Below, piece by piece: positions 8,260-17,008 of a stretch of 33,925 nt of DNA; position 1 is the first letter of the stretch, and each line of letters begins with the position of its first letter. The DNA comes from Myxococcales bacterium (lineage in GTDB: Bacteria > Myxococcota_A > UBA9042): positions 1 to 33,925 of the forward strand of contig JBBISH010000071.1 in NCBI GenBank assembly GCA_037441385.1, in the 5' to 3' direction. Position numbers and translations under genes: made by a program. Below the pieces are notes generated by a model. It searched no databases, was not told where the DNA came from, and saw nothing but the letters and a program-made list of their open reading frames with translations.

Positions 8260-8571
8260 CTACTGCTCGCTGCCCGCGCCGCCCAGCCCGTGACGCCGCC
8301 GCCGTTGCCACAGCTGGGCGCTGCTGGGCGAGATCTCTTCTCCGCTCCAGTCCACGAACGCCAGATCACAGCCGACAATACCATCCACTGAAAGCACGAA
8401 CTCGGCCTGGGTTTCCACCTGCTCGGGCGAGTCGGCCCAGGTCGCCAGGGCCACTTCCGCGCCCGCGCGGTCGCCAATCAAGACCCCGTCCGAACCTGCC
8501 AGGCGAGCAGCAATCTCCTCGAAACTGCTTGCAGAAAGGTCCAGCTTGGCGATCCAACCGACAGCAGGCAT
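8260..8571 (-). CDS. napD: NapD-like Tat chaperone
   Basis: ATG 8571 after GAGGAG; 103 aa MPAVGWIAKL...VLSVDGIVGCDLAFVD; position immediately upstream of napA. Confidence 0.7.
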   Translation of the reverse strand: MPAVGWIAKLDLSASSFEEIAARLAGSDGVLIGDRAGAEVALATWADSPEQVETQAEFVLSVDGIVGCDLAFVDWSGEEISPSSAQLWQRRRRHGLGGAGSEQ

Positions 8572-8639
8572 GGGCTCCTCGTGGGCGACCGACCCGGGTC
8601 GAAGTGGCCGTTCGCTGACCGCGAGCATGCCATACCTGC

Positions 8640-8700
8640 GCTTGCTTTACAATATAAAAAAGTCTATTGATGCGTTGTGAGCGCGGCAGGAAGCCACAAC
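8640..8700. promoter_or_regulatory. AT-rich divergent promoter region between nap and cytochrome c-nrfCD
   Basis: TTTACAATATAAAAAAGTCTATTGAT in a GC-rich context; near-palindrome TTTACAATATAAA and a GTTGTG...CACAAC inverted pair. Confidence 0.5.
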
Positions 8701-8739
8701 GGCCCGCCGCGGCGAATCCTGGAGTTGGAGCCAGAACCC

Positions 8740-9390
8740 ATGGAACCAAAGGCAAAAAACCGAATTCCTTGGCAACAGATCGGCAGCGTGGCGGCGGTCG
8801 CGTTTCTGGGTCTTGGAATGGCCGCGGCGGTGGCGCGTGGTGCAACGGATGCTGCGCAACAGCCTGTGTCAGCAAAGAAAATGGCTGAGCGTCACGCGAC
8901 TGTCATTCACGTCAAACCGGACGTGGGGACGCTGGACACGGGCAGGCGGGGTCCACAAGGGCAAGTGATTTCAGCACCTTGCGGTAGCTGCCACAAGCAG
9001 CACAGCACGCCACCCTACGCCCGCAAGGCCGAGGATCTGAAGGAATTTCATGCCGGTTTCCGCTTCAAGCACGGCAATATCGCCTGCGGTGCCTGCCACG
9101 ATCTCCAGGATCGCGATCAGCTCCGGCTGGCCGACGATCGTCGGATATCCATGTCGTCTGTCATCGATTTGTGTAGCCAATGCCACGGTCCGCAGGCCCG
9201 CGACTACGCCCACGGCGCCCACGGCGGCATGAACGGCTACTGGGATCTGCGCCGCGGCGACCGGGTCCGCAACGTCTGCGTCGATTGCCACAACCCGCAC
9301 GTGCCGGCCTACCCGCAATTTGCGCCGGTGCAGCGTCCACGCGACCGCTTCTTGGAAGCCGAGGCCGCTGCCGGAGGTCACCATGAGTGA
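8740..9390 (+). CDS. Tetraheme c-type cytochrome
   Basis: N-terminal TM/signal; CGSCH, CGACH, CSQCH, CVDCH. Confidence 0.85.
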   Translation: MEPKAKNRIPWQQIGSVAAVAFLGLGMAAAVARGATDAAQQPVSAKKMAERHATVIHVKPDVGTLDTGRRGPQGQVISAPCGSCHKQHSTPPYARKAEDLKEFHAGFRFKHGNIACGACHDLQDRDQLRLADDRRISMSSVIDLCSQCHGPQARDYAHGAHGGMNGYWDLRRGDRVRNVCVDCHNPHVPAYPQFAPVQRPRDRFLEAEAAAGGHHE

Positions 9391-10318
9391 GATCGAGAAC
9401 ATGCAGCCCCAGGCGCCGGAGAGCGCCGGCCGTCGCAAGCTCATGCTGGGCGCCGCCGCGACCTTGGGCACGGCCGCCACTGCGCGGGCGATCGCCCCTT
9501 TGATGGACTGGAAGCCGACCACCTCGCTGGCCGGCTTCTTGCAGCGCCACTACAAAGAGCTGACGACGCTGGAGAAAAAGGACATCTGCGCCAGGCTCGA
9601 GGCCGAGACCAAGCAGCAGTATGGCGCCGACGTCCACATCGCCGACCCGCAGGCTGAAGACGGTGTGGGCTTTGCCTACGCGCTGAACCTGTCGATCTGC
9701 ATTGGCTGCCGCAAGTGCTCCGAGGCGTGCCACCAAGAGAACAACCACGACCGGCCGAGCGGCAACAGCTACATTCGCGTCATCGAGATGGAGCAGGGCT
9801 CGCTGGACTTGGAGCGCGGCAACACCACCTACGATCATCCGGTTCCGCGCAAGGGCAACTACTACCTGCCGGTGCAGTGCCAGCAGTGCGACAACGCCCC
9901 TTGCGTCAAGGTTTGCCCGGTCGAGGCCACCTGGAAAGAAAAGGACGGCATCGTGGTGGTGGACTACAACTGGTGCATTGGCTGCCGCTACTGCGAGGCC
10001 GCCTGTCCGTACCACGCCCGCCGTTTCAACTGGAAGAAACCCGAGGTCCCGGCGGCGGAGATCAACCCGAATCAGGGCTATCTGTCGAACCGGCTCCGGC
10101 CGCAGGGAGTGGTCGAGAAGTGCCACTTCTGCCTGCACCGCACCCGCGAAGGGCGCCTGCCGGCCTGCCTGGAGGCGTGCCCCACCGGCGCGCGCGTGTT
10201 CGGCAACCTGAACGACAAAGACAGCGAGATCCGCTGGGTCATCGAGAACAAGCGCGTGTTCGTCCTCAAGGAGGAACTGGGCACGCTGCCCCGGTTCTTC
10301 TACTTCTTCGACAAATAG
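9383..10318 (+). CDS. 4Fe-4S dicluster protein, NrfC/DsrO family
   Basis: ATG 9383 after GGAGG; Tat-like GRRKLMLG; CIGCRKC, CQQCDNAPCVKVCP, CIGCRYCEAACPY, KCHFC...ACLEACP. Confidence 0.9.
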   Translation: MSEIENMQPQAPESAGRRKLMLGAAATLGTAATARAIAPLMDWKPTTSLAGFLQRHYKELTTLEKKDICARLEAETKQQYGADVHIADPQAEDGVGFAYALNLSICIGCRKCSEACHQENNHDRPSGNSYIRVIEMEQGSLDLERGNTTYDHPVPRKGNYYLPVQCQQCDNAPCVKVCPVEATWKEKDGIVVVDYNWCIGCRYCEAACPYHARRFNWKKPEVPAAEINPNQGYLSNRLRPQGVVEKCHFCLHRTREGRLPACLEACPTGARVFGNLNDKDSEIRWVIENKRVFVLKEELGTLPRFFYFFDK

Positions 10319-10332
10319 TGCGGGAGTCGACC

Positions 10333-11595
10333 ATGTCTACCAAGAACAGCCACTTGCAGAGCTATCCGCGGTTCTTGTGGCACGCCGTGCGCTTGGCGAC
10401 CGCGGGGTCGCTGGGGTTCTACGCCTGGATGACCGTGCTGACCGCCGTGGCCTTGGTCGGGCTGCACGCCTGGGCGAGCCAGACCGCGAGCGGCATGGTG
10501 CTGACGCACATGACGGATCAGGTGTCGTGGGGCTTGTATATCGCGAACTTCACGTTTGCCGTGGGGTTGGCGGCCGGCGCAGTGATGATGGTGATCCCTG
10601 CCTACCTGTACCACGACGAGGACATGCACGACCTGACCATCATCGGCGAGCTGCTGGCGGTGGCGGCGATCTCGGTGTGCCTCATGTTCGTGGTGGCGGA
10701 CCTGGGCCGCCCCGACCGGTTCTGGCACATGATCCCGCTCATCGGCCGGTTCCACTGGCCCATCTCGATGCTGACCTGGGACGTGCTGGTGCTGAACGGC
10801 TACCTGCTGCTGAACCTGCATATCTGCGGGTACTTGCTGTACATGCGCTTCCTCGGGCGGCGGGCCAACCCCAAGTGGTACGTGCCGTTCGTGTTCCTGT
10901 CGATCGGCTGGGCCATCTCGATCCATACCGTGACGGCGTTCCTGTATTCGGGGCTGGGCGGTCGGCCATTTTGGAATTCCGCTATCCTGGCGCCGCGTTT
11001 CATCGTGTCGGCCTTTGTGTCCGGGCCCGCCTTCATCGTGGCAATTCTGTACGCGCTGCAGCGCTTTGCCGGGCTGCCGGTGGGCAACGGGCCCATCAAG
11101 ACCCTGACGCGGATCATGCAGGTCACGTTGCCGATCGACCTGTTCATGGTGGGGTCCGAGGTGTTCACGGAGTTCTACACCGGCGGCGCTCACGTCTCGT
11201 CGGCGAAGTACCTGTACTTTGGTCTGCATGGCAAGTCGGCGCTGGTGCCGTGGATTTGGACGGCGATCGCGTGCAACGTGGTCGCGCTGTCCTTGCTGAT
11301 GCGCGGCGACGTGCACCAGCGACCCAGGCGGCTGCTGACCGCGGCCGGGCTCGCCTTCGTCGGCCTGTGGATCGAGAAGGGGATGGGTCTCATTATCCCC
11401 GGCTTCGTGCCGAGCACGCTGCACGAGCTGGTGGAGTACCGGCCGTCGCTGGTCGAGTGGCAGATCGCGGCCGGGGTCTGGGCGGCGGGCCTGCTCATCT
11501 TGTCGGCGGCCCTGAAGATTGCGTTGCCGGTGCTGCAGGGCACACTGGCGGCCCACCATGGCCAGCGTCACGATGGCGAGCCGGTGGCAGAATAG
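10333..11595 (+). CDS. nrfD: NrfD/PsrC/DsrP family integral membrane quinol-interacting subunit
   Basis: ATG 10333; MTDQVSWGLYIANFTFAVGLAAG, ADLGRPDRFWH, SMLTWDVLVLNGY, SIHTVTAFLY; multiple TM segments. Confidence 0.9.
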   Translation: MSTKNSHLQSYPRFLWHAVRLATAGSLGFYAWMTVLTAVALVGLHAWASQTASGMVLTHMTDQVSWGLYIANFTFAVGLAAGAVMMVIPAYLYHDEDMHDLTIIGELLAVAAISVCLMFVVADLGRPDRFWHMIPLIGRFHWPISMLTWDVLVLNGYLLLNLHICGYLLYMRFLGRRANPKWYVPFVFLSIGWAISIHTVTAFLYSGLGGRPFWNSAILAPRFIVSAFVSGPAFIVAILYALQRFAGLPVGNGPIKTLTRIMQVTLPIDLFMVGSEVFTEFYTGGAHVSSAKYLYFGLHGKSALVPWIWTAIACNVVALSLLMRGDVHQRPRRLLTAAGLAFVGLWIEKGMGLIIPGFVPSTLHELVEYRPSLVEWQIAAGVWAAGLLILSAALKIALPVLQGTLAAHHGQRHDGEPVAE

Positions 11596-11601
11596 CTCGT
11601 T

Positions 11602-11642
11602 ATTTCAATACCTAGAAAGTTACCTAGAAAATGGGTGCCATC
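11602..11642 (+). repeat. Dispersed boundary motif copy 4 (CCTAGAAAATGGGTGCCATC) with internal TACCTAGAAA duplication
   Basis: Between the convergent nrfD and DUF1517-like genes; TACCTAGAAA at 11609 and 11621; preceded by ATTTCAA. Confidence 0.7.
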
Positions 11643-11666
11643 GATCGGTGCCGCGACATGTGGCGA

Positions 11667-12224
11667 TTACTCGACTGCGGCGAGCCAGTCCCAGCCGTCG
11701 TCCAGGTCCGCCGCCAAAGGGCCGTGGCCGCGGGGGCCGGGTTGCAGATAGATGCCGTCGCCGTGCATGGTGGCAAAATCCAGAGACTCCAGGCCGGCGA
11801 GCAGGCGAGCGCAGGTGGCCCGCCGCATCCAGATGGACTCCGGGAGGTCGCAGAGAACGCCCAGCCCTTGGTCCGCCACGCTGCCTTGGGGCGTCAATAG
11901 GATGACGGTGATGACCGCGTGCTGCTCAAACGGTGTTGCGGCGTTGGCCTGCATGTCAGGAACATCGCTGGTATCTTCCAGGTCGGTGTTCCACTCTTGG
12001 TAGTCGTCGCGGGCAGAGTCGGTGCGAACCAGGTCCCACGCCCATCGCTGGAGTTGCGGCATCGCGCGTTGCACCAGTTCGTTCAGGCGGCGATACAGCT
12101 CGCGGTGCTGACTTGGAGTGTGGCGGTGGCCGCTCTTGACGACCAGGTCGCGCACCGCTTGACGCAGCGGGTCGCCGGGCGGCGATCGAAACGCCATCTG
12201 CATGTTGAAAAATGTCCAGGCCAT
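11667..12224 (-). CDS. DUF1517-like protein
   Basis: ATG 12224 after AAGGAGG; pattern FFNMQMAF...LRQAVRDLV...HAVITVILLT...LLAGLESL...GIYLQP...LDDGWDWLAAVE recalls DUF1517 (recognition from memory only). Confidence 0.6.
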   Translation of the reverse strand: MAWTFFNMQMAFRSPPGDPLRQAVRDLVVKSGHRHTPSQHRELYRRLNELVQRAMPQLQRWAWDLVRTDSARDDYQEWNTDLEDTSDVPDMQANAATPFEQHAVITVILLTPQGSVADQGLGVLCDLPESIWMRRATCARLLAGLESLDFATMHGDGIYLQPGPRGHGPLAADLDDGWDWLAAVE

Positions 12225-12256
12225 GGGCCTCCTTGCTTGTCTCGGTGCCGCCTCGG

Positions 12257-13537
12257 TCAGCCAAACGACGAGCCGCCCGTGCGCGTCCACGAGCCGCTGC
12301 GACCACTGGAACCCAGACCGCCGCCCCAGCGGATGGTGTGGACTCGGCCCAGGTTGCTGCCAAAGACGCTGGAACGCCATCGGAAGCGCCAGAGTCCGCT
12401 AGGGCGCGCGACCCAGCCCAGCGGGCGGGGCACGGTGGGCTGATACCAGCCGTAGTTGTACCAGAAGCCGGCGTCGCTCTCGGCCGTGCCGCCGAACCAC
12501 GCCCGTCGGCCGGGGCCGAAGTTGGGCTCGCCGGTTGTGCTGGTGGTCGGCGTGAAATCGCCGTATTGGACCATGCGGATGTCGATACCGGCCTTGACCC
12601 ATGCGTCGAAGGAATCGACTAGGTCGTCTAAAACATCTGTGCTCATCCCCACGTACAGCACATGGGCTACGCCAACCTCGCGGAGTTGCGCTGGCGACGG
12701 CATGCGCGCCAGGTAGCGGTTGTCGAACTGATCGGGAGCGTCCGAGTAGGGCGACAACCTGGCCGAATCCAAGACGAGGACGGGCGGCGCGCCGGCTGGA
12801 CGCACACTTGGCCCGGCCAGGAAGCGCGGCAGCAGGTAGAGCAGGGCGCCCAGCGTGCGGTGCGCGGGCACGACGCCAGCGGGATGGGGGCAGTTGTCCA
12901 AGATGAAGACCGGCGTCATCGCGTCGCTCAAGGCCGCGGCGACCGAAATCGACTTCGGGCCGGGCAAGTCCACGACGACCATCAAGTCGCTGTGCGCACC
13001 GGGCACTACGCCGAGCTGGCCGACCAGCGCGCGCCCCACTTGCCAGGCGTCCGGCATGTCAGAGGAGTCGCAGATCGGCATGATTTGGTTGGCCAGGGAC
13101 GCGTTGATGGGGAGGGACGGCATCTGCAGCAGCGTCGGCAGCGCCCAGGGCAGCAGCAGCGGCGGCGGCGGTGCCAGGTCGCTGGCCAGCGTCTTGACGT
13201 GCTTCTGCCAGTCGACGCTGCCATCTACGTCCGTGATGTTCGCGTCGGCCCAATCCAGCTTGCGTCCGGCGCTCCCCACATCCCAGCCGTTCTCGCGCTG
13301 GAGGTCGGTAGAGGGCCGAATCTGGTCGGTGGCGCTGTCGTCGCTGAGGTGGTTCACCACCGCGACCGCGAGGGGAGCGGCGACGAGTGCGCCGAGGATC
13401 AGTAGCGCCTTGCGCCGCCCCGGCGTGTTTGTGTCGCCCTCGTCGCTGACCGACGGTTGCCACCACCGCGCGCCAACCAACTCGGTCTTGTCAAAGAAGG
13501 TGAGTCGTTCGATGGGGCTCTGGTCAGCTTCGGCCAT
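12257..13537 (-). CDS. Hypothetical membrane/Tat-anchored protein with Gly/Ser/Arg-rich C-terminal tail
   Basis: 426 aa; GRRKALLILGALVAAPLAVAVV; ends GGGLGSSGRSGSWTRTGGSSFG; overlaps the upstream gene. Confidence 0.75.
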   Translation of the reverse strand: MAEADQSPIERLTFFDKTELVGARWWQPSVSDEGDTNTPGRRKALLILGALVAAPLAVAVVNHLSDDSATDQIRPSTDLQRENGWDVGSAGRKLDWADANITDVDGSVDWQKHVKTLASDLAPPPPLLLPWALPTLLQMPSLPINASLANQIMPICDSSDMPDAWQVGRALVGQLGVVPGAHSDLMVVVDLPGPKSISVAAALSDAMTPVFILDNCPHPAGVVPAHRTLGALLYLLPRFLAGPSVRPAGAPPVLVLDSARLSPYSDAPDQFDNRYLARMPSPAQLREVGVAHVLYVGMSTDVLDDLVDSFDAWVKAGIDIRMVQYGDFTPTTSTTGEPNFGPGRRAWFGGTAESDAGFWYNYGWYQPTVPRPLGWVARPSGLWRFRWRSSVFGSNLGRVHTIRWGGGLGSSGRSGSWTRTGGSSFG

Positions 13538-14816
13538 CGGGCGCCTCCTGAGCTGTGGCGATCTGGATGGTGGCCATGACCGCGCGTTGGTCGGTGGCCT
13601 GCTTCGAGAGGCGCGCCAAGAGGCCGGCCGCCTCGCCGCCGATGAGGTAGACTCCGACGTTGACCTGTTCGCCTGCGGAGTTGCGTGCTGCCTCGAACCA
13701 CCGCTGCGCCACGAAGCGGCCCGGGACCGTCTGCTCCAGGGCGCGCATCCAGTCTTCGGCTGTCACCTCCGCGCCGACCACGACTTCGTCGCCCTCGCAG
13801 CCGTAGTCTGACTTGAGTACCCACGCCGCCTGCTCGGCGAGGAGCGTGGACACTGGCACGTCTTCCAAGAGTTCGGTCGGCGGGATCCAGGCCTCGATGG
13901 CGTGGCGTGCGGCCTGGCTCAGGCGGTCGCGGTGGCGCCAGAGCAGGGCAAGGAAGCGCTTGTTTTGGGGGACGATCGCGCCCATCGGATTGACGATGGC
14001 GGTCGCTCCCGCGGCCTCGGCCCCCAATAGGGCTTGGAGTTGCGCGAGGAGTGGCTCGCTGTCCGGCACGGGCGCTTCGTCGCGCCACGCCGGGCGCCGC
14101 TCGGCCCACCAGTCGGTCTTGTAGTGGCGCACGATGACGTCGCAAGGGGTCCCGAGCAGGGTCGCGCGGCCGTCTGCGCCAAGCCCCAGATTGAAAGGGG
14201 AGCCATCCACGACGCGCCAGCCCGCCTCTTCCAGGGCGCCCCGCCACAGCAAAAGCATGGGCATATCCTCGGTTTGCTCGGTCGGCCAGACCAGGCCGGC
14301 GGTCAAAGAGCGCTCGACTTTGGCCTGCGCGGTGGCCGCGCGCCGGAGCAGGGCCACCCAGCGCTGGAGCAGGGTTCGGTTGGCATCGACCCGCCCAGGC
14401 GCCGCGAGGAGGCGACCCAGGACGACGGACTCGGCGACGCCCGTGGGGGTATCGCAGTTCAATTCGCAAATCTGAATGCCGCCTTGCGCGGTCTCGAACA
14501 CATCGGCCCGCGCGAGGCCATGCCACGCCGGGGCCGAAGACCACCACAACGCCTGCTGGACCGGCTGGAGGTTCAAGGGTTCGAGCAACTCGGGCTCGGC
14601 GGCGAGGAGGCGGCACAGCTCGTCGTGGGCCAGCGCGACCCCTTCGGCGGCGGCGCAGAGGTGGGCCGCGGTGGCCGGGGCAAGGACGTGGGGAGTCGCC
14701 GCGAGGCGGGGCGCCCCTTCCAGCCACGGGTCGGGAAGCCAGCCGTCGGCAATGACGCGCATCGCAAAGTCCGCGTAGTCTTTGCTTTTGTCGGGCTGGG
14801 TGGGCTGGGGATGCAT
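13524..14816 (-). CDS. Glutathionylspermidine synthase-like ATP-grasp amidoligase
   Basis: LARADVF...ICELNCDTPTG (RxD...ExNxDTP), IVNPMGAIVPQNKRFLALLW, WVLKSDYGCEGDEV, FVAQRWF, VGVYLIGGEAAG. Confidence 0.88.
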   Translation of the reverse strand: MHPQPTQPDKSKDYADFAMRVIADGWLPDPWLEGAPRLAATPHVLAPATAAHLCAAAEGVALAHDELCRLLAAEPELLEPLNLQPVQQALWWSSAPAWHGLARADVFETAQGGIQICELNCDTPTGVAESVVLGRLLAAPGRVDANRTLLQRWVALLRRAATAQAKVERSLTAGLVWPTEQTEDMPMLLLWRGALEEAGWRVVDGSPFNLGLGADGRATLLGTPCDVIVRHYKTDWWAERRPAWRDEAPVPDSEPLLAQLQALLGAEAAGATAIVNPMGAIVPQNKRFLALLWRHRDRLSQAARHAIEAWIPPTELLEDVPVSTLLAEQAAWVLKSDYGCEGDEVVVGAEVTAEDWMRALEQTVPGRFVAQRWFEAARNSAGEQVNVGVYLIGGEAAGLLARLSKQATDQRAVMATIQIATAQEAPDGRS

Positions 14817-14819
14817 GGG

Positions 14820-15656
14820 CTAGCCCACCACCGCGCGGACCGCCAGCGCGCCGCCGATGAGAGCCGCTGCTTCCAGGGTAGCGGCGCCGGTGTGGCGGTG
14901 TGTGCCGACGAGTTGATCCAGGGCGCCGCCGCGCCACTGCCAGCCGCGCCGGAGCAGGGCGGCCTGCACGACCCCGATGCGGATGGGGACGAGGACGACC
15001 GCGAACGCGATGGTTTCGCTGAAGGCGCGGAGGGATACGGCCCAACCGTCGAACTCGCCCGCGGTGGCGTGGCTGACCAAAAGCGCGACCGCGAGTGTCA
15101 TCCCCGCGTGCGCCACGGCCACGGCGAGGTTGCCGGAACGGAGTTGCTCGGCGTCGTCGAAGGACGTCAGGGCGCGGAGGAGCGTCGCGAGGACGAGGAC
15201 CGCCGCGACCCCAAGCCCCACAAAGACCAGTCCGGGCACCAAGTCGCCGTGCTCGCTACCGACGAGGCTGTTCGCAACCACAAGGCCGACGGCCACATCG
15301 TATGCTGCCGCCGCGAGCCCGACGGCGAGGTTCGCCTTGCCGAGCTGTTCGCCGGTGTCCCGCCGCAGCAACACCGTGAGCGATGCACCGACCGCGAGGA
15401 CCTGGGCGGTTGCGCCCACTGCGACCATGGCCGCGGTCCATACTGCGCGGTCTGCCCAGTCTGCGCCACCGGTCGCGGCCGCAGCGCCGCCGATCAGGCA
15501 CGCCGCGACGACCTCGCCGCCTCGCACGGTCAGCATCGCCGCATTGTCTACGGCCGCGGCGGGCCGCCGCGCAAGTTTGCGCAGTCCGATCAACACCGTG
15601 AGCGCCAAGGCCGTCGCGGCGGGCAGCAGCACCATCGCCAGCGTGTCGAAGTGCAT
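14820..15656 (-). CDS. DUF350 family membrane protein (duplicated domain)
   Basis: Very hydrophobic; repeated EQLGKANLAVGL / EQLRSGNLAVAV signatures; precedes the GspS-like gene. Confidence 0.8.
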   Translation of the reverse strand: MHFDTLAMVLLPAATALALTVLIGLRKLARRPAAAVDNAAMLTVRGGEVVAACLIGGAAAATGGADWADRAVWTAAMVAVGATAQVLAVGASLTVLLRRDTGEQLGKANLAVGLAAAAYDVAVGLVVANSLVGSEHGDLVPGLVFVGLGVAAVLVLATLLRALTSFDDAEQLRSGNLAVAVAHAGMTLAVALLVSHATAGEFDGWAVSLRAFSETIAFAVVLVPIRIGVVQAALLRRGWQWRGGALDQLVGTHRHTGAATLEAAALIGGALAVRAVVG

Positions 15657-15753
15657 GGTCCCTCTGGGCCGGCGCTGTCGGATGCGGGGGCGCCGAGTGT
15701 CCCAAAGCTTCGCAGAACCCCCCTTGCCTCACAAGTGGCCGCCCGTCCCCGAT

Positions 15754-15926
15754 CCGCCGCTTTGGGCGCAACTCGGCGTTGCTGCGTCGTCCCAGCTACG
15801 GGTTGCCCCACTGGGGCGACCCGTTCACCCTTCGGGCGACCGCTGGGGCCCTTTTCCCTGCGGCGACCGCTAGCTCGCCTCAGTCGCTCCGCTCCTTGCG
15901 CCTTGATTTGCATCCCAATTCGGCGG
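15754..15926. repeat. Long imperfect inverted-repeat element (REP/MITE-like or structured RNA)
   Basis: Outer arms CCGCCGCTTTGGGCGCAACTCGGCG / CGCCTTGATTTGCATCCCAATTCGGCGG; inner stems ACGGGTTGCCCCA-C-TGGGGCGACCCGT and CCC-TTC-GGG closed by CCCAGC...GCTGGG. Confidence 0.65.
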
Positions 15927-15997
15927 CCGGGGCGAATTTCGGTGGTGGATCCTGGCCGTCCAACGCGGCAACGAGGCAGGGGCGAATGGCAGGGGCG

Positions 15998-16016
15998 CAT
16001 GCAGCCATTTTCTACC
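15998..16016 (-). repeat. Dispersed boundary motif copy 5 (GGTAGAAAATGGCTGCATG)
   Basis: ATGCAGCCATTTTCTAC is identical (17/17) to copy 6. Confidence 0.88.
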
Positions 16017-16140
16017 ATGCAAAAATATTGGCAAATTCTGAGTTGCCGCGGGCAGCGATGTTTGACGGCCTGCTGCGTCGTGCGTACATTCGTTTGACGC
16101 AGTTGCCCGCGAAGTGGCGCTCGGTACGTGTGCGAGGCTC

Positions 16141-16959
16141 ATGAACACCCTCATTTATCTACCGTATTCACCGTGGTCAGAGCGGGCGCGCTGGGCAATC
16201 GAGTTGTCTCAGCTGCCCCATCGGCGCAAGGTGTACACGCCGCTCCTCGGCGAACTTGGCCTCAAAGCGAAGATTGGCTGGTCCCAGCGCGCCAGCGTGC
16301 CGGTCCTGCTGACGCCCGAGGGCGCCCTGACCGACTCGCTGGAAATCGGGAAGTACGCTGACAAGCATGGTGGCGGCTGGTCGCTCTTTCCGTCGGATGG
16401 CGATGCGTCGATTGCCGAGTGGAATCAGCGGAGTAATGCGGTCTTGGAGGCGGCGCGCGGCCTGGCCTTGCCGCGGATTGCCGCCGACCCAGAGGCTCTG
16501 CTCGAGATGATCCCACGTCGCCTCCGGCCGCTCGCCCCGGTCGGTGCGCTGGCCCTCAGCCGGTACGGCGTCCTGCGGACCATCACCAAGTACCACGCCA
16601 CGGCCGGGGAATCCGTCTACCTCGCGACGATCCGGGAGCACCTCCTCGCTTTGCGCACCGCGCTGGGGCCAAACCCCGCGGACGGCCCCGCGACGCTGCT
16701 TGGGCGGTTCAGTTTCGCGGACATCACGGCGGCCCAAATGCTCCTCCCCGTCGGGCCGCACCACGGGCCCTACCTCCGCATTTCGCCGGGCAGCCGCCGG
16801 TGCTGGACCGTGGCCGAGATGGCGGCGGAGTTCGGTGACTTGCTGGCCTGGCGCGACGCCGTGTACGAGCGATACCGGCGGCCGACCGCCGACGCACGGT
16901 CCGGTGCGGACGGCCCAACCAAGGTCGGCGAGCCCGAGCCCATCCATAGCCCGAACTGA
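16141..16959 (+). CDS. Glutathione S-transferase N-terminal domain protein
   Basis: LPYSPWSERARWAI, SVPVL...LTDSLEIGKYAD, LLGRFSFADITAA. Confidence 0.85.
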   Translation: MNTLIYLPYSPWSERARWAIELSQLPHRRKVYTPLLGELGLKAKIGWSQRASVPVLLTPEGALTDSLEIGKYADKHGGGWSLFPSDGDASIAEWNQRSNAVLEAARGLALPRIAADPEALLEMIPRRLRPLAPVGALALSRYGVLRTITKYHATAGESVYLATIREHLLALRTALGPNPADGPATLLGRFSFADITAAQMLLPVGPHHGPYLRISPGSRRCWTVAEMAAEFGDLLAWRDAVYERYRRPTADARSGADGPTKVGEPEPIHSPN

Positions 16960-16976
16960 TGCAGCCATTTTCTACT
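16958..16976 (-). repeat. Dispersed boundary motif copy 6 (AGTAGAAAATGGCTGCATC)
   Basis: Exact consensus; overlaps the GST stop codon; between convergent genes. Confidence 0.9.
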
Positions 16977-17008
16977 GGTGAATATGCAAGGGGTTTAGCC
17001 TGAGTACA

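Noticed and set aside
5593..8391. 932-aa plus-strand ORF and other long antisense ORFs (14034-16097, 29477-31822, 27677-29161, 22312-23775)
   Set aside because: They are shadow frames of clear genes on the opposite strand, expected at high GC, with no recognisable motifs.
8640..8690. FNR box upstream of nap
   Set aside because: Only a TTGAT half-site is present, with no ATCAA at the required spacing.
9383..11595. Calling the module a nitrite reductase (Nrf) or Dsr complex
   Set aside because: No nrfA or dsrMKJ in the window; only family-level assignment is supported.
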